64,000 nt of DNA from an uncultured Candidatus Berkelbacteria bacterium (GTDB lineage Bacteria > Patescibacteriota > UBA1384 > UBA12157): contig CAIRFN010000006.1 in NCBI GenBank assembly GCA_903877885.1, positions 3,342 through 67,341 on the forward strand. The letters run 5' to 3'. Shown piece by piece: positions 1 to 10,740 of the stretch; the stretch's first letter is position 1, and the number at the start of each line of letters is the position of its first letter. A model generated the notes under the pieces. It had not been told where the DNA came from. It was given only the letters and a program-made list of their open reading frames with translations, and made no database searches. The position numbers and the translations under genes are program-made.

Positions 1-1216
1 TTAACGGTGTCATCACTGAACCTAAAGTTTCCAATCCTAAATTAAGTGGTGTGACATCAAGTAATAATAAATCTTTAACTTCACCAGTCATCACGCCACC
101 TTGAATGCCGGCACCGAGGGCAACGCATTCATCAGGATGGACTTCTTGGCTTGGCTCTTTACCAAAGATTTTTTTAACTGTTTCTTTAATCAAAGGCATG
201 CGGGTTTGACCACCAACTAAAATGACTTCTTTAATATCAGCCATAGAAATTTTGGCTTCTTCAACCACTTTTTTACAAATTCCTTCGGTTTTGCTAATTA
301 ATTCCCCAGTGAGTTGCTCAAGTTTAGCTCTGGTTAATTTTTTAACCAAATGTTTTGGGCCATTGCTATCGGCAGTAATAAATGGCAAATTGATTTCACT
401 TTCCATGTTGGTTGAAAGTTCAATTTTGGCTTTTTCGGCCGCTTCTTTAACCCGTTGCAAAGCCATGGCATCGTTTCGCAAATCGACACCTTCTTCAGCT
501 TTAAAATCATCAACAATCCAGTCCATTAATTTTTGGTCTAAATCATCGCCGCCGAGGTGAGTGTCGCCGCCAGTCGATAAAACTTCAAACACGCCGTCGC
601 CGATATCCAAAACAGTGATGTCGAAAGTTCCGCCACCAAAGTCATAAACCGCGACTTTACCTTCTTTGTGCTTGTCTAAACCATAAGCCAAAGCCGAAGC
701 AGTTGGTTCGTTGATAATGCGCTCGACTTCTAACCCGGCAATCTGGCCGGCATCTTTTGTTGCTTGGCGTTGCGAATCATTAAAATAGGCTGGCACAGTA
801 ATAACCGCTTTGGTCACTTTTTCGCCTAAGTAATTTTCAGCGTCTTTTTTAAGTTTTTCCAAAATAAAAGCCGATATTTCTTGAGGCGTGTATTCTTTAC
901 CTGACATGACGACTTTGACACCTTCGCCAGCGCGAACGATTTTGTAAGGCATCAGTTTGATGTCTTTTTGGACTTCGGCATCGTCAAAATGACGGCCGAT
1001 CAAGCGTTTCACTGAATAGATCGTATTTTCTGGATTAGTGACCGCTTGGCGTTTGGCCAGTTGGCCAACAAGACGTTCACCATTTTTGGCTTGAGCCACA
1101 ATTGATGGACAAATGTTGCCGCCTTCGGCAGTAGGGATAACTTTCGGTTTGCCGCCTTCAACAACGGTCACTACCGAGTTGGTTGTACCTAAATCGATAC
1201 CAATAACTTTACTCAT
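1..1216 (-). CDS. dnaK: Chaperone DnaK (5' part; runs off window start)
   Basis: Manual minus-strand translation from ATG at 1216 gives [14 protein letters not shown]..., [28 protein letters not shown]; next to grpE. Not in the ORF track because the stop lies outside the window. Confidence 0.97.
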   Translation of the reverse strand, partial: MSKVIGIDLGTTNSVVTVVEGGKPKVIPTAEGGNICPSIVAQAKNGERLVGQLAKRQAVTNPENTIYSVKRLIGRHFDDAEVQKDIKLMPYKIVRAGEGVKVVMSGKEYTPQEISAFILEKLKKDAENYLGEKVTKAVITVPAYFNDSQRQATKDAGQIAGLEVERIINEPTASALAYGLDKHKEGKVAVYDFGGGTFDITVLDIGDGVFEVLSTGGDTHLGGDDLDQKLMDWIVDDFKAEEGVDLRNDAMALQRVKEAAEKAKIELSTNMESEINLPFITADSNGPKHLVKKLTRAKLEQLTGELISKTEGICKKVVEEAKISMADIKEVILVGGQTRMPLIKETVKKIFGKEPSQEVHPDECVALGAGIQGGVMTGEVKDLLLLDVTPLNLGLETLGSVMTPL

Positions 1217-1233
1217 AGAAACTCCTCTATTGT

Positions 1234-1309
1234 GTCATCGCGAGGAGCCGAAGCGACGTGGCGATCTTTAAATTAGATTGCCGCACTCCTTGCGGTCGTT
1301 CGCAATGAC
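1234..1309. repeat. Intergenic palindromic element (GTCATCGCGA...TCGCAATGAC)
   Basis: Imperfect terminal inverted repeats plus inner GCGATCT/AGATTGC pair; a related half-copy GTCATCCTGAG...GGATCT lies near 28594-28625. Confidence 0.6.
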
Positions 1310-1390
1310 TATTAATTTACTTTTATCCTTATATGTAAAGTATACTTTACATTCAAAAAGTTTGTCAAGAGGGCTAATTTATTATTTAGT

Positions 1391-1861
1391 TCAAATACCT
1401 TTACTCACTCTTACTTTTGCCGGTTTGATCACGCGGCCAGCAAATTCCCAACCGCTTTCGGCTTCGGTGATGATGTGATCAGCGGGAATTTCGGCATTTT
1501 CTTCATAGGAAATGGCTTCATGCAAGTTTGGGTTAAACTCGCCGGAAACATCGATTTTTTTAAGTCCTTCTTGGGCCAAAATATCTTCAAGTTGTTTTTC
1601 AATTTGTTTGATGCCGGAAATGGCCGGATCAGTTATGTCTAAATGCTCGAAGGCGCGACCAAAATTATCGAGAACTGGGGTGATTTTAGTTAAAATTTCC
1701 GCTTTGGCAAAATTAATCATGTCCAATTTTTGCGTTTCAGTACGTTTGCGGTAATTATCAAAATCAGCCTGGCAGCGTTGCCAACCTTCCTGAAATTCTT
1801 TCAACTTAATATCAGTTTCTGTTTTTATTTCTTCGTTTGTTTGTTCTTGTTTCTTTTTCAT
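1391..1861 (-). CDS. grpE: Nucleotide exchange factor GrpE
   Basis: ADFDNYRKR, FNPNLHEAI, RVIKPAKVRV motifs; upstream of dnaK. Confidence 0.96.
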   Translation of the reverse strand: MKKKQEQTNEEIKTETDIKLKEFQEGWQRCQADFDNYRKRTETQKLDMINFAKAEILTKITPVLDNFGRAFEHLDITDPAISGIKQIEKQLEDILAQEGLKKIDVSGEFNPNLHEAISYEENAEIPADHIITEAESGWEFAGRVIKPAKVRVSKGI

Positions 1862-1932
1862 ATACTAAGTATATCGTAAATTTTTTAGCCTGTAAATACG
1901 AACGTGTTTTAAATAAGTGATACGATGGAATT

Positions 1933-3396
1933 ATGCAAATCGGACGATCGAAATTCACAATCGGAGTCTTGATCGGATTTTTAAGCGGGATTTTTTTAGC
2001 TAACTTTATGCCGATTAATTTATGGTGGATGGCCAGATTTTTGATTGTTTTAATCGTTTTAATGCTGGTTTTCTGGTCTAACATTTTGCGACGCTTAATT
2101 ATCTTTTGTCTTTTGGGATTAGTTTTAGGCTTAAGTTATTTTAAGATTTATGACTTAAGAGCATCTTACCATCAACTTGTCTATGGTCAAAAAATGGCCA
2201 TTTCTGGGCAAATTCAGGAACCACCAAAAATTAAACCAACGCAAATCCAGGCGATAATTAGTTACAATGGCGCGAAAATTTTAGTTAATTTACCACGCTA
2301 CCCGGAATATCAATTTGGTGATATTTTAAGTTTCAAAGGGGAGATTACCGATCCCAAAACCATCAAACCAATCGATAATTTCAATTACGGCCAATATTTG
2401 ATTGGCCAAAACATTCGCGGCTGGGTCAAAAACCCTGACACAGATACGATCACCGTAAGACGACCTCCGAGGTCGTCGAACAGTGTTAAATTCAAAAAAA
2501 CAATTTTTCAAACCAGTCAAAAATTTCAAGAAAGTTTAACTAAAACTTTGCCCGAGCCATATGCTTCGTTTCAAATCGGTTTAATTTTGGGTAATCGCAC
2601 GACGCAAATTCCCGATTCGCTGACATCGGCCTTTAATCGGACTGGTACAACTCATATTATTGCTGTAAGCGGTTACAATATTACCATTATTATTTCTATG
2701 CTCGCACTCTGTTTCGCTTTATTTTCTAGGCGGCTGGCTTTTTGGTTAACCTTAATTTTTATCGGTATTTTTATTGTGATGACCGGCGCCTCCGCTTCGG
2801 TAGTGCGCGCCGGAATTTTAGGCGGCTTGGTCGCTTGGGGCAGGTTAGAAGGCCGGCGGATTAATCATTTGATTCTACTTTTATTCGTGACATTCATCAT
2901 GTTACTTTTTAATCCTTACCAAATTCACACCGATGCTTCATTCCAATTATCGTTTCTAGCTTTTGCTGGATTAATTTATGTTTCGCCAATGATCCAAAAC
3001 TTTAGAATCGTTTCAAAATTACCAGAAACCATTCGTGCGGTTTTTTCTGAAACCATGGGTGCGCAAATCGCTTGCTTTCCAATTCTAGTTTATAATTTCG
3101 GCATTATCTCTCTGGTGGCACCAATCGTAAATTGTTTAATCTTGCCTTTTGTGCCACTTTCAATGTTGTTAGGATTTATCGCCGGTATTGGTGGTATGAT
3201 TTGGCTTAAACTTGGTCAGTTGTTGGCTGATATCGCTTGGATAATATTAAAGTATATAATAGTTGTAGAGACCTATTTTTCCCAAATTTCTTGGGCAGCG
3301 ATTTCTTTCAAAACCGCCGAGTGGTTCTGGATACCGATTTATTATGTGGTGATTATTTTATTAATTAATAATAATCATGAAAAATCTAAGATCTAG
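1933..3396 (+). CDS. comEC: ComEC/Rec2 competence channel, membrane part
   Basis: TGTTHIIAVSGYN, ASVVRAG, FQLSFLA motifs; many TM segments. Confidence 0.93.
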   Translation: MQIGRSKFTIGVLIGFLSGIFLANFMPINLWWMARFLIVLIVLMLVFWSNILRRLIIFCLLGLVLGLSYFKIYDLRASYHQLVYGQKMAISGQIQEPPKIKPTQIQAIISYNGAKILVNLPRYPEYQFGDILSFKGEITDPKTIKPIDNFNYGQYLIGQNIRGWVKNPDTDTITVRRPPRSSNSVKFKKTIFQTSQKFQESLTKTLPEPYASFQIGLILGNRTTQIPDSLTSAFNRTGTTHIIAVSGYNITIIISMLALCFALFSRRLAFWLTLIFIGIFIVMTGASASVVRAGILGGLVAWGRLEGRRINHLILLLFVTFIMLLFNPYQIHTDASFQLSFLAFAGLIYVSPMIQNFRIVSKLPETIRAVFSETMGAQIACFPILVYNFGIISLVAPIVNCLILPFVPLSMLLGFIAGIGGMIWLKLGQLLADIAWIILKYIIVVETYFSQISWAAISFKTAEWFWIPIYYVVIILLINNNHEKSKI

Positions 3397-4237
3397 ATTA
3401 CAACTTATCTTTACTTCTTTAATTATTTTGGCCATAATCGTTTGGGCTGGCGTTTTTAGTTCTTACAAAGCTGATTCGGCGAGCAACTTGAAAATTTATT
3501 TTCTAAATGTCGGGCAAGGCGATAGCGAATATATTAAATTACCATATGGTCAAGATATTTTAATCGATGGCGGCCCGGATAATTCGGTTCTTTCAGAACT
3601 CGGAAAAGTGATGGCTTTTGGCGATCGCGAAATCAATTTAGTGGTTTTAACCCATCCGCATGCTGATCATATTTCTGGCTTAGTCGAAGTTTTAAAGCGC
3701 TATAAGGTCGATGAGGTCTGGGAAAGCGGGGTAGACTATCCGTCATCTGTTTATGATACTTGGAAAACAGAAATTTCAGCTCAAAAAATTCCCGATCAAT
3801 TTGTGACAATTGGTACTCAAAAAACCTTTGATAATATTAATTTTAAGGTTCTCTATCCCCTGTCTAGCTTAAAAAATTCTAAAATAGATAATGCGAATAA
3901 CGCTTCGGTCGTGACCGAACTGGATTTTAACCAATTTTCTGCTCTTTTTACCGGCGATTTGGAAAAAACCGTTCAACCGGAAATTTATGATAAACTTCAT
4001 GCCGTAACAGTTTTAAAAGTCGACCACCACGGTTCGACTAATGGCACTGATGATAATTGGCTGAAAATTCTGCGTCCGGCCGTTGCTGTGATCGAAGTCG
4101 GATATAATAATACTTATGGTCATCCGGCGCCTTCAACCATCGATTTACTTAAAAGCTATGCCGCTCAAATTTACCGTACCGATCAAGACGGCACAATTGA
4201 AATCGAATCTGATGGTGTCAATTGGGTTGTTAAATAA
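3377..4237 (+). CDS. ComEC-associated metallo-beta-lactamase-fold protein
   Basis: FLNVGQGDS, LTHPHADHISG, LFTGD, HHGS, YGHP, YRTDQDG motifs. Confidence 0.92.
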   Translation: MKNLRSRLQLIFTSLIILAIIVWAGVFSSYKADSASNLKIYFLNVGQGDSEYIKLPYGQDILIDGGPDNSVLSELGKVMAFGDREINLVVLTHPHADHISGLVEVLKRYKVDEVWESGVDYPSSVYDTWKTEISAQKIPDQFVTIGTQKTFDNINFKVLYPLSSLKNSKIDNANNASVVTELDFNQFSALFTGDLEKTVQPEIYDKLHAVTVLKVDHHGSTNGTDDNWLKILRPAVAVIEVGYNNTYGHPAPSTIDLLKSYAAQIYRTDQDGTIEIESDGVNWVVK

Positions 4238-4268
4238 AAAAATGTTAAAATAAAATAAAGGAGAAAAA

Positions 4269-4850
4269 ATGGATTTTTTAATTTATGCTAACCAAGAAAG
4301 AGTAACCAAGTTGCTTCTAGCTGTTATACCGGTAACAGTGCTAATTTATTTTTTTACTTATCAATTTTCCAAATGGTTTTTCAACGAACTTATCAAACAA
4401 AAGTTTTCTTTTGGTCAATTTTTCCAAATATTATTAATGATTGGTCTGATTTTAACTTCTATTGTTCTTACTTTAGTTATTGCAATTTACTTATATCGAT
4501 CGTTTCGGCCAACGCCGCTTTTGACTTTAAAAAACGACCAGCTTATTTGGCAAGATATTTTTTACAAAAAAGAAATAACTTTCGAAAGCATTAAAAACGC
4601 TCAAATTAAAACAGAAAATATTAGTACGAGTAGTGAAGGATATTATCCAACTTATGCTAATTTTCTAAAAATTAATTATTCTCAAAATGGAAAGAATAAA
4701 GTTTATGATATTCCTATGATTAATCTAAGTGTCAAACTTGAAGATTTAACAGCCGCTTTAACAACCAGAGGTATTTTGGTGACCGTTAATCAGAATAGTA
4801 TTGATGAAGCTAAGAACGAAAAATGGCCTCATCAAAATTTTGGTAATTAA
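4269..4850 (+). CDS. Hypothetical membrane protein
   Basis: AAGGAG RBS; two TM segments then a soluble domain. Confidence 0.7.
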   Translation: MDFLIYANQERVTKLLLAVIPVTVLIYFFTYQFSKWFFNELIKQKFSFGQFFQILLMIGLILTSIVLTLVIAIYLYRSFRPTPLLTLKNDQLIWQDIFYKKEITFESIKNAQIKTENISTSSEGYYPTYANFLKINYSQNGKNKVYDIPMINLSVKLEDLTAALTTRGILVTVNQNSIDEAKNEKWPHQNFGN

Positions 4851-4938
4851 ATAAAATAAAGTCAGTTAAATTTATTAATTCTTTCAAGGAGTCCGATGGT
4901 TTTGATTAGTGGATTAAGGCTAATCTACAGCTCAAACT

Positions 4939-5298
4939 TTAGTTTGCTTTTACGATATTTTCGTCAACAATCTTAATTACAAACCAAGCTACAACAAAAG
5001 CAATGGCCGCTGATATCAAATCTACAAATAACATTAGACTGACGATACCAGTGAGAACAATCCCCAGAATAGTCATTGTCGTAGGCTTATGCTTATACAT
5101 TTTAATAAATAAAGCCATAATAATTCCTGGATTTATAAAAGCAATTATAGCTGATATAATACCGATAATAACTAAACCTAAAAGAGATTTATCTGAGTAT
5201 TCGCCGGCCATAGTAAATAGTGTCATAAACAAAAATAATGGCTGCAAGATAAGAAGTGCCCAGGCCCAAACTTTTGCTTTTTCATAACTAATTTTCAT
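4939..5298 (-). CDS. Hypothetical membrane protein
   Basis: Hydrophobic 119-aa ORF coupled to the upstream ORF. Confidence 0.65.
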   Translation of the reverse strand: MKISYEKAKVWAWALLILQPLFLFMTLFTMAGEYSDKSLLGLVIIGIISAIIAFINPGIIMALFIKMYKHKPTTMTILGIVLTGIVSLMLFVDLISAAIAFVVAWFVIKIVDENIVKAN

Positions 5299-5300
5299 TT

Positions 5301-5897
5301 TTAATTCTCCCAGGCATCAGGATTTTTATCGACTTGGATGCCAATATCAGCAACTTTATTTTGGCCATTTTCTTTAATCACAACTAAGCTAAAAATCGAA
5401 GGTACCGTACCAGCAGTGAATTTTTTTCGAAAAAGAATTTGTGGTTCGTTTGTTTTTGGATCTTTGCTAACAGTGACAAAAGGATTTTCGTCAAATTTGG
5501 CAGTTTGGAAAATATCCGAATAATTTTTAATATATTCTTTAAAATTTTCATTCTTGTATTTTTCTTTGTAAGAAGTCGAAAGTAGCGTTTCTAATTCAGT
5601 TACATCATTAGCTTTAATTTTCGTAATAAAGTCCTCACAAAAAGGTTTCATCGCATCAGCTTGATTGCTTAAATCTAAAGAGTTAGAAATGTCATCACTT
5701 TGAGAAACGTTGGTATAGTTTGGTCCTGTTGGCATCATTTTAACTTCCTTACTAGTAATAACCGCGCCGATGATCATTAAAATAATAAAAATTCCAATGA
5801 TTGATCCAATCGGAATAACAATCCAAAGCCACCAGCGTTTTGGTTTAGTCTGGGCTGGTTGTGCTTGTTCTGGTTTTTGTTCTGTTAGATTTTCCAT
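5301..5897 (-). CDS. Hypothetical membrane-anchored protein
   Basis: AGGAG RBS, N-terminal TM helix, soluble C-terminus. Confidence 0.7.
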   Translation of the reverse strand: MENLTEQKPEQAQPAQTKPKRWWLWIVIPIGSIIGIFIILMIIGAVITSKEVKMMPTGPNYTNVSQSDDISNSLDLSNQADAMKPFCEDFITKIKANDVTELETLLSTSYKEKYKNENFKEYIKNYSDIFQTAKFDENPFVTVSKDPKTNEPQILFRKKFTAGTVPSIFSLVVIKENGQNKVADIGIQVDKNPDAWEN

Positions 5898-6008
5898 TTT
5901 CTCCTTTTTTCTCCTTTTTAATTTACTTTAATTATAAATCATTAGTAAACACTGGTCAAAGGAAAAAAATGATGGTATATTAGCATTAGATTCAAAGAGG
6001 AATAAAAT

Positions 6009-6749
6009 ATGTCAGGACATTCAAAATGGTCTAAAATTAAACGGGCAAAAGGTGCGAGCGATGTTAAGCGCAGCGCTTCTTTTTCTAAATTAGCCAATGC
6101 CATTATCGTTGCCGCCAAAAATGGCGGCGGCAATCCGGATTCAAATTTCAGTTTAAAAATGGCGATGGATAAGGCTCGTGTTGGTTTAATGCCTAAAGAT
6201 AATATTGAGCGAGCAATTAAGCGCGGCACAGGCGAATTGGGTGGTGCGGTGGTGGAAGAAGCTTTGTATGAAGCGATTGGCCCAGATGGCACCGGTATCT
6301 TAATCGAGGCGGCTACTGACAATAAAAATCGGACAACTCCAGATATTAAAAATACTCTAAATAAATTTAATGCTAAATTTGCTTCGGCCGGCGCAGTGGC
6401 TTATCAGTTTAATAAACTAGGTAAAATCGTTGTGGATTTAACTAACCATGATCGCGAAGAGGTAGAACTGATGGCGATTGACGCTGGTAGCGAAGATTTT
6501 GCTGAATATGATGAAGATTTGGCGATTTTTACCAAACCAACCGAACTCGATCAGGTCCGAAAATCACTCGAAGCCCAAGGGTTGGTGATTAAAGAAGTCG
6601 GACTTTCTTGGGAACCAAAAGATCTAATTACGATTGAAAATAAAGACGTGGCCGATAAATTAATGAATTTAGTAGAAACTCTGGAAGAACTAGATGATGT
6701 GACGGCTGTTCATATTAACTTTGATATTCATGAAAAATTGTTAGATTAG
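6009..6749 (+). CDS. yebC: YebC/PmpR family protein
   Basis: MSGHSKWSKIKRAKG, TDNKNRT; upstream of ruvC. Confidence 0.96.
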   Translation: MSGHSKWSKIKRAKGASDVKRSASFSKLANAIIVAAKNGGGNPDSNFSLKMAMDKARVGLMPKDNIERAIKRGTGELGGAVVEEALYEAIGPDGTGILIEAATDNKNRTTPDIKNTLNKFNAKFASAGAVAYQFNKLGKIVVDLTNHDREEVELMAIDAGSEDFAEYDEDLAIFTKPTELDQVRKSLEAQGLVIKEVGLSWEPKDLITIENKDVADKLMNLVETLEELDDVTAVHINFDIHEKLLD

Positions 6750-6779
6750 CGTTTGCTATAAAATATTAAGGAGTGGAAT

Positions 6780-7292
6780 TTGAGAATACTCGGAATTGAT
6801 CCTGGGACGGCTCGATGTGGTTGGGGTGTCATTGATGTTAGCAAGCATGATGGCAGAGTTACCTATGTCAAACACGGTTGTATTGAAAGCGACAAAATGA
6901 TTAATACTCAAGACAGATTGGTTAAAGTCCATCGCAATATTTGTGATTTAATTCAAGAATACAAACCAGATCAAGTTTCGCTGGAGCTTTTGTTTATGTT
7001 TAATAATCAGAAAACCGTGATGAAAATCTCTGAAGCCCGCGGGGTAATTTTGCTGGCTTGCGGCCAAAATGGGCTTAAAGACCAAACTTATGAATATACA
7101 CCGGGCCAGGTAAAATTAGCGGTGACTGGTTCAGGTCGGGCGGATAAAAAGTTGGTTGTTGAAGAGGTAAAAAAAGCTTTTCCAGAAGCGGCGGTGAGTT
7201 CCGGTAAAAAAGATGGCTTTGATGATGCGGCTGATGCTTTAGCTGTAGCTATGGCTCGCTTTCACAAATATATTGAAGAAGAAATAAAGTAA
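6780..7292 (+). CDS. ruvC: Holliday junction resolvase RuvC
   Basis: ILGIDPG, EYTPGQVK, GRADK, DDAADALAVA. Confidence 0.96.
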   Translation: MRILGIDPGTARCGWGVIDVSKHDGRVTYVKHGCIESDKMINTQDRLVKVHRNICDLIQEYKPDQVSLELLFMFNNQKTVMKISEARGVILLACGQNGLKDQTYEYTPGQVKLAVTGSGRADKKLVVEEVKKAFPEAAVSSGKKDGFDDAADALAVAMARFHKYIEEEIK

Positions 7293-7392
7293 TTAGATAA
7301 TTCAGAATTCATAATTTTATATTGAGAATTAATACAATAATTCATCATTCTGCATTATGCATTAAATAATTTAACCGACAAAGGAGGTTATT

Positions 7393-8364
7393 TTGCCTAA
7401 ACTTAGACAAAATATTGTGACCAGCGAATGGGTAGTAATTTCACCAGAACGATCAAAACGACCAGAAGATTATGTCATGGCCGCCGCGCCAAAACACGGT
7501 ATTCCGGCTGATTGCCCTTTTTGTATCGACAATGCCAATGCTTATCAATTTAGTATTAAAGAAGCGGAAACCGAAAATATCTACGTTATTCCCAATAAAT
7601 ATCCGGCTTTTGTGCACGATGACAGTATTATTTCCGAAGGCGACGGTTTTTATGAAGACACCAAAAGTATTGGTGGCCATGAAGTGATGGTGATTAAAAA
7701 ACATGATCAAGATATTTTTGATGATGGTAAAGCGATTATTGAAGAATTAATCGGTGTCTATCAAAGCCGTTATTTACATTATGCCGAGGATCCGACCAAT
7801 GAATATACGATGATTATTCATAATCATGGTCCAGAATCTGGCGCTTCGATTGAGCATCCGCACTCGCAACTTTTTTCTTCAGCGGTGATGCCTAGTTATA
7901 TTAAAAGAGAACTTGATGGCGCGAAAAAATATTTTGATGAGAATCAAAAATGCGTTTTTTGTGAAATTAATCGTGAAGAAAAAGAAAGCGGCTATCGCTT
8001 AGTTTATGAAAACGATCAGTTTATGGTTTACACTTTTTTTGCTTCGCGTTTTCCTTTTGAAATGTGGATCAGTCCGAAAAAACATCAATCAAATTTTGAA
8101 AAAATTAATGACGAAGAAAAAAAACTTTTAGCCGAAGCCTTACATCATGCGATTAAAAAATTAAACAAAGCTTTGAACTTTCCACCCTTTAATTTTTGGA
8201 TCCATACTAATCCTCATCATCAAGAAGAAACCAGCGAATTCTATCATTGGCATATTGAAATTGCCCCACGGGTTAGTAAATTCGGGGGTTATGAACTTGG
8301 TTCGGGCACAGTTATTGACGTTGTCAGTCCGGAAATCGCCGCTCAATTTTTAAAGAAAGATTAA
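7393..8364 (+). CDS. galT: Galactose-1-phosphate uridylyltransferase family protein
   Basis: RSKRP, CPFC, PNKYPA, GASIEHPHSQ, YHWHIEI. Confidence 0.92.
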   Translation: MPKLRQNIVTSEWVVISPERSKRPEDYVMAAAPKHGIPADCPFCIDNANAYQFSIKEAETENIYVIPNKYPAFVHDDSIISEGDGFYEDTKSIGGHEVMVIKKHDQDIFDDGKAIIEELIGVYQSRYLHYAEDPTNEYTMIIHNHGPESGASIEHPHSQLFSSAVMPSYIKRELDGAKKYFDENQKCVFCEINREEKESGYRLVYENDQFMVYTFFASRFPFEMWISPKKHQSNFEKINDEEKKLLAEALHHAIKKLNKALNFPPFNFWIHTNPHHQEETSEFYHWHIEIAPRVSKFGGYELGSGTVIDVVSPEIAAQFLKKD

Positions 8365-8427
8365 ACTTTACTCAATCGCTTGATTATTAAGGCAAATTAG
8401 CGTATAATCAGGTAAAGTAAGGTCTTA

Positions 8428-9726
8428 ATGAACAGAAAAATACGAGTTTTACTATTATTAAAATTTCCGCTCTATGGTGGCGGAAGTGGTGCTTTCACTC
8501 GTCGGCTGGCTCAAAAATTAGTTGAGACCGGCCGTTTTGACGTTGCCATTGCCGCGCCAGACAAACGCCAAATTCCAGGGATTAAAGTTTACCAAATTAA
8601 ACCAGCCTTTAAAGCGGTTTTTGAAAGCCATCCTGAATGGAAGCGGGCAGTTAAATATAGTGAACTAACTAGTCCAGAATTTAATCGCCAATATCTTTCT
8701 TTTATGAAGGCAATTACGGCTGTAGTTGAGGATTTTAGACCAGATGTTATTCATGTTAATCATGCCCATTTTTTAACTTGGCTGGCTTCCTTTATTAAAT
8801 CTATTTTTGGTATTACCTTTATTGTTTCGGTCCATGGCACAGATATTTACAATACCACTATTGATCGCCGATATTTGGTTTTGCTTCGACAAGCTGTGGA
8901 ACGGGCCGAGCAAATTATTGCGGTTTCACCGCATACTAAAAAATGGTTTTTGAAAGTTTGCGGTAAAAAATTAGCCAAAAAAACCCGAACTATTACTCAC
9001 GCGATAAATGCTGAAACATATGCTATTGAACCAGAAAATTTAACTATTGATGAAAAATATAAGCTTAAAGGTAAAAAATTAGTTTTATTTGTTGGCCGTT
9101 TAACTCGGGAAAAAGGCGTCGAATATTTAATTAAAGCAGCTAAAGATATTCAGGCCGAGATTTTTATTATTGGTGATGGCGTGCGCAAAGATTATCTGGT
9201 TAATTATGCAAAATTGATTGAGACTAAAAATGTCCGTTTTTTGGGTTATTTTGGCAAGAAAAATGCTGATTATTTGAAAGAATTTTATCATCGAGCTGAC
9301 GTTTTAGTTTTGCCTTCGGTTGTTGATGAATCTTTGGGCCTAGTAGTTTTGGAAGCGATGGCTGCTAAAACGCCAGTGGTTGCTTCTAATAAAGGTGGTA
9401 TTCCTTTAGTTATTAAAGATGGCTATAATGGGTTTTTAATTCGAGCCCGTAGTCCTAAAGCAATTTACGAATCAGTCAACAAGATTTTGCAAAACGAAAA
9501 ATTAGCGCAAAGATTAGGTCAAAATGCTTACAAAACAGTGATCGAAAAATTTGACTGGAATGTGGTGGTGCCACAGTTTGAATCGGTTTATAATAAAGCT
9601 GCGGAGATGACTAAAAAATTGCAGTCCAACTTAAAGAAATCTATTTTCGACCGCGAAGATTTGGTTCGCGAACAAATCGAACTTAAAGAAAAAATCGATT
9701 ACGATATTAATGTATTCGATAGTTAA
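8428..9726 (+). CDS. GT4 family glycosyltransferase
   Basis: FVGRLTREKG and ESLGLVVLEAMA GT-B motifs. Confidence 0.92.
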   Translation: MNRKIRVLLLLKFPLYGGGSGAFTRRLAQKLVETGRFDVAIAAPDKRQIPGIKVYQIKPAFKAVFESHPEWKRAVKYSELTSPEFNRQYLSFMKAITAVVEDFRPDVIHVNHAHFLTWLASFIKSIFGITFIVSVHGTDIYNTTIDRRYLVLLRQAVERAEQIIAVSPHTKKWFLKVCGKKLAKKTRTITHAINAETYAIEPENLTIDEKYKLKGKKLVLFVGRLTREKGVEYLIKAAKDIQAEIFIIGDGVRKDYLVNYAKLIETKNVRFLGYFGKKNADYLKEFYHRADVLVLPSVVDESLGLVVLEAMAAKTPVVASNKGGIPLVIKDGYNGFLIRARSPKAIYESVNKILQNEKLAQRLGQNAYKTVIEKFDWNVVVPQFESVYNKAAEMTKKLQSNLKKSIFDREDLVREQIELKEKIDYDINVFDS

Positions 9727-9737
9727 AAAGGAGGAAC

Positions 9738-10733
9738 ATGGTTAAAGCTTCGATTATCATTCCAACTTATAAGCGACCTCAAGAAACTGCTGATTGTTTG
9801 AAATTTTTAAGCAATAGCTTAGGATTTGGACAGGAATTTTTATTGGAAGTAATTATTGTTGATAGCTCTCCAGATAAAAAAACTTTTTCCGAAATTAAAA
9901 AATATCAGGAAATTTTCGAACTAAAATATTTACATTTGCGAAAAAAAACTTTGCCTGGTCAAGCGCGCAATATTGGAATTAAAATAGCAAAAAATGAATT
10001 AATTATCATGCTGGACTCTGATATTGAAATTATGCCAGTCACAATTGGTCGAATGATTAATTATTTAAAAAATCATCCGACAGTTTCCAGATTAACCGGA
10101 AAAACCATTTTTTCATCTGGAGAAAATAAAGGCCAAATAGATCGTCCTACTAAGTGGGATCGGCAGGTTATGATCGACCGAACTAATTATATCGAAGGAA
10201 TTTATGGTCGCTATGAAGCTTTTTACAAAACGCCGTTTTTGTCAATTGGCGGATATGACAAAATTTTCGATGTTTGCGGCGAAGGTACGGATCTTTCGAT
10301 TCGTTTTTGGCGGGCTGGCTTTCCTTTGGCAATCGATGAAAATATCATTGCTTACCACAACACTGAAGCGCCGGAAAGTTTGCGTCGGACAGTTATTAAC
10401 AAAATGACCGCAATGTATCGCTCGCTTTTTATTGTAGCCTACAAATATGGTGTTAAGGAATTAGAATCAAGCCCAAATTTTGTTAAATCTCATCAGGAAC
10501 GAGAAGCCGCTTACGGTGAAACGATTGAATTTCATTCGATTGTTTCAGCCGCTGAATCAATCGAATGGTTTAAGAAAAATTATTCTGATTTAGTAAAAAG
10601 TAAAAAAGCCGTTCCAAAATTATTTGATTTTAAACCGTTTGATGTTTTTTCTGATCAAAAACTTTTTGCTCAATGCATAAACCAAGCTTTAGAAATAAAT
10701 GCCAAAAGCTATAAAAAAGTTTTTACTAATTAG
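9738..10733 (+). CDS. GT2 family glycosyltransferase
   Basis: SIIIPTY, ARNIG, DSD motif. Confidence 0.9.
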   Translation: MVKASIIIPTYKRPQETADCLKFLSNSLGFGQEFLLEVIIVDSSPDKKTFSEIKKYQEIFELKYLHLRKKTLPGQARNIGIKIAKNELIIMLDSDIEIMPVTIGRMINYLKNHPTVSRLTGKTIFSSGENKGQIDRPTKWDRQVMIDRTNYIEGIYGRYEAFYKTPFLSIGGYDKIFDVCGEGTDLSIRFWRAGFPLAIDENIIAYHNTEAPESLRRTVINKMTAMYRSLFIVAYKYGVKELESSPNFVKSHQEREAAYGETIEFHSIVSAAESIEWFKKNYSDLVKSKKAVPKLFDFKPFDVFSDQKLFAQCINQALEINAKSYKKVFTN

Positions 10734-10740
10734 GAGGACA

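Noticed and set aside
222-560. Short ORFs in the dnaK region and similar antisense ORFs across the window
   Set aside because: Antisense or alternate-frame shadows of well-supported genes.
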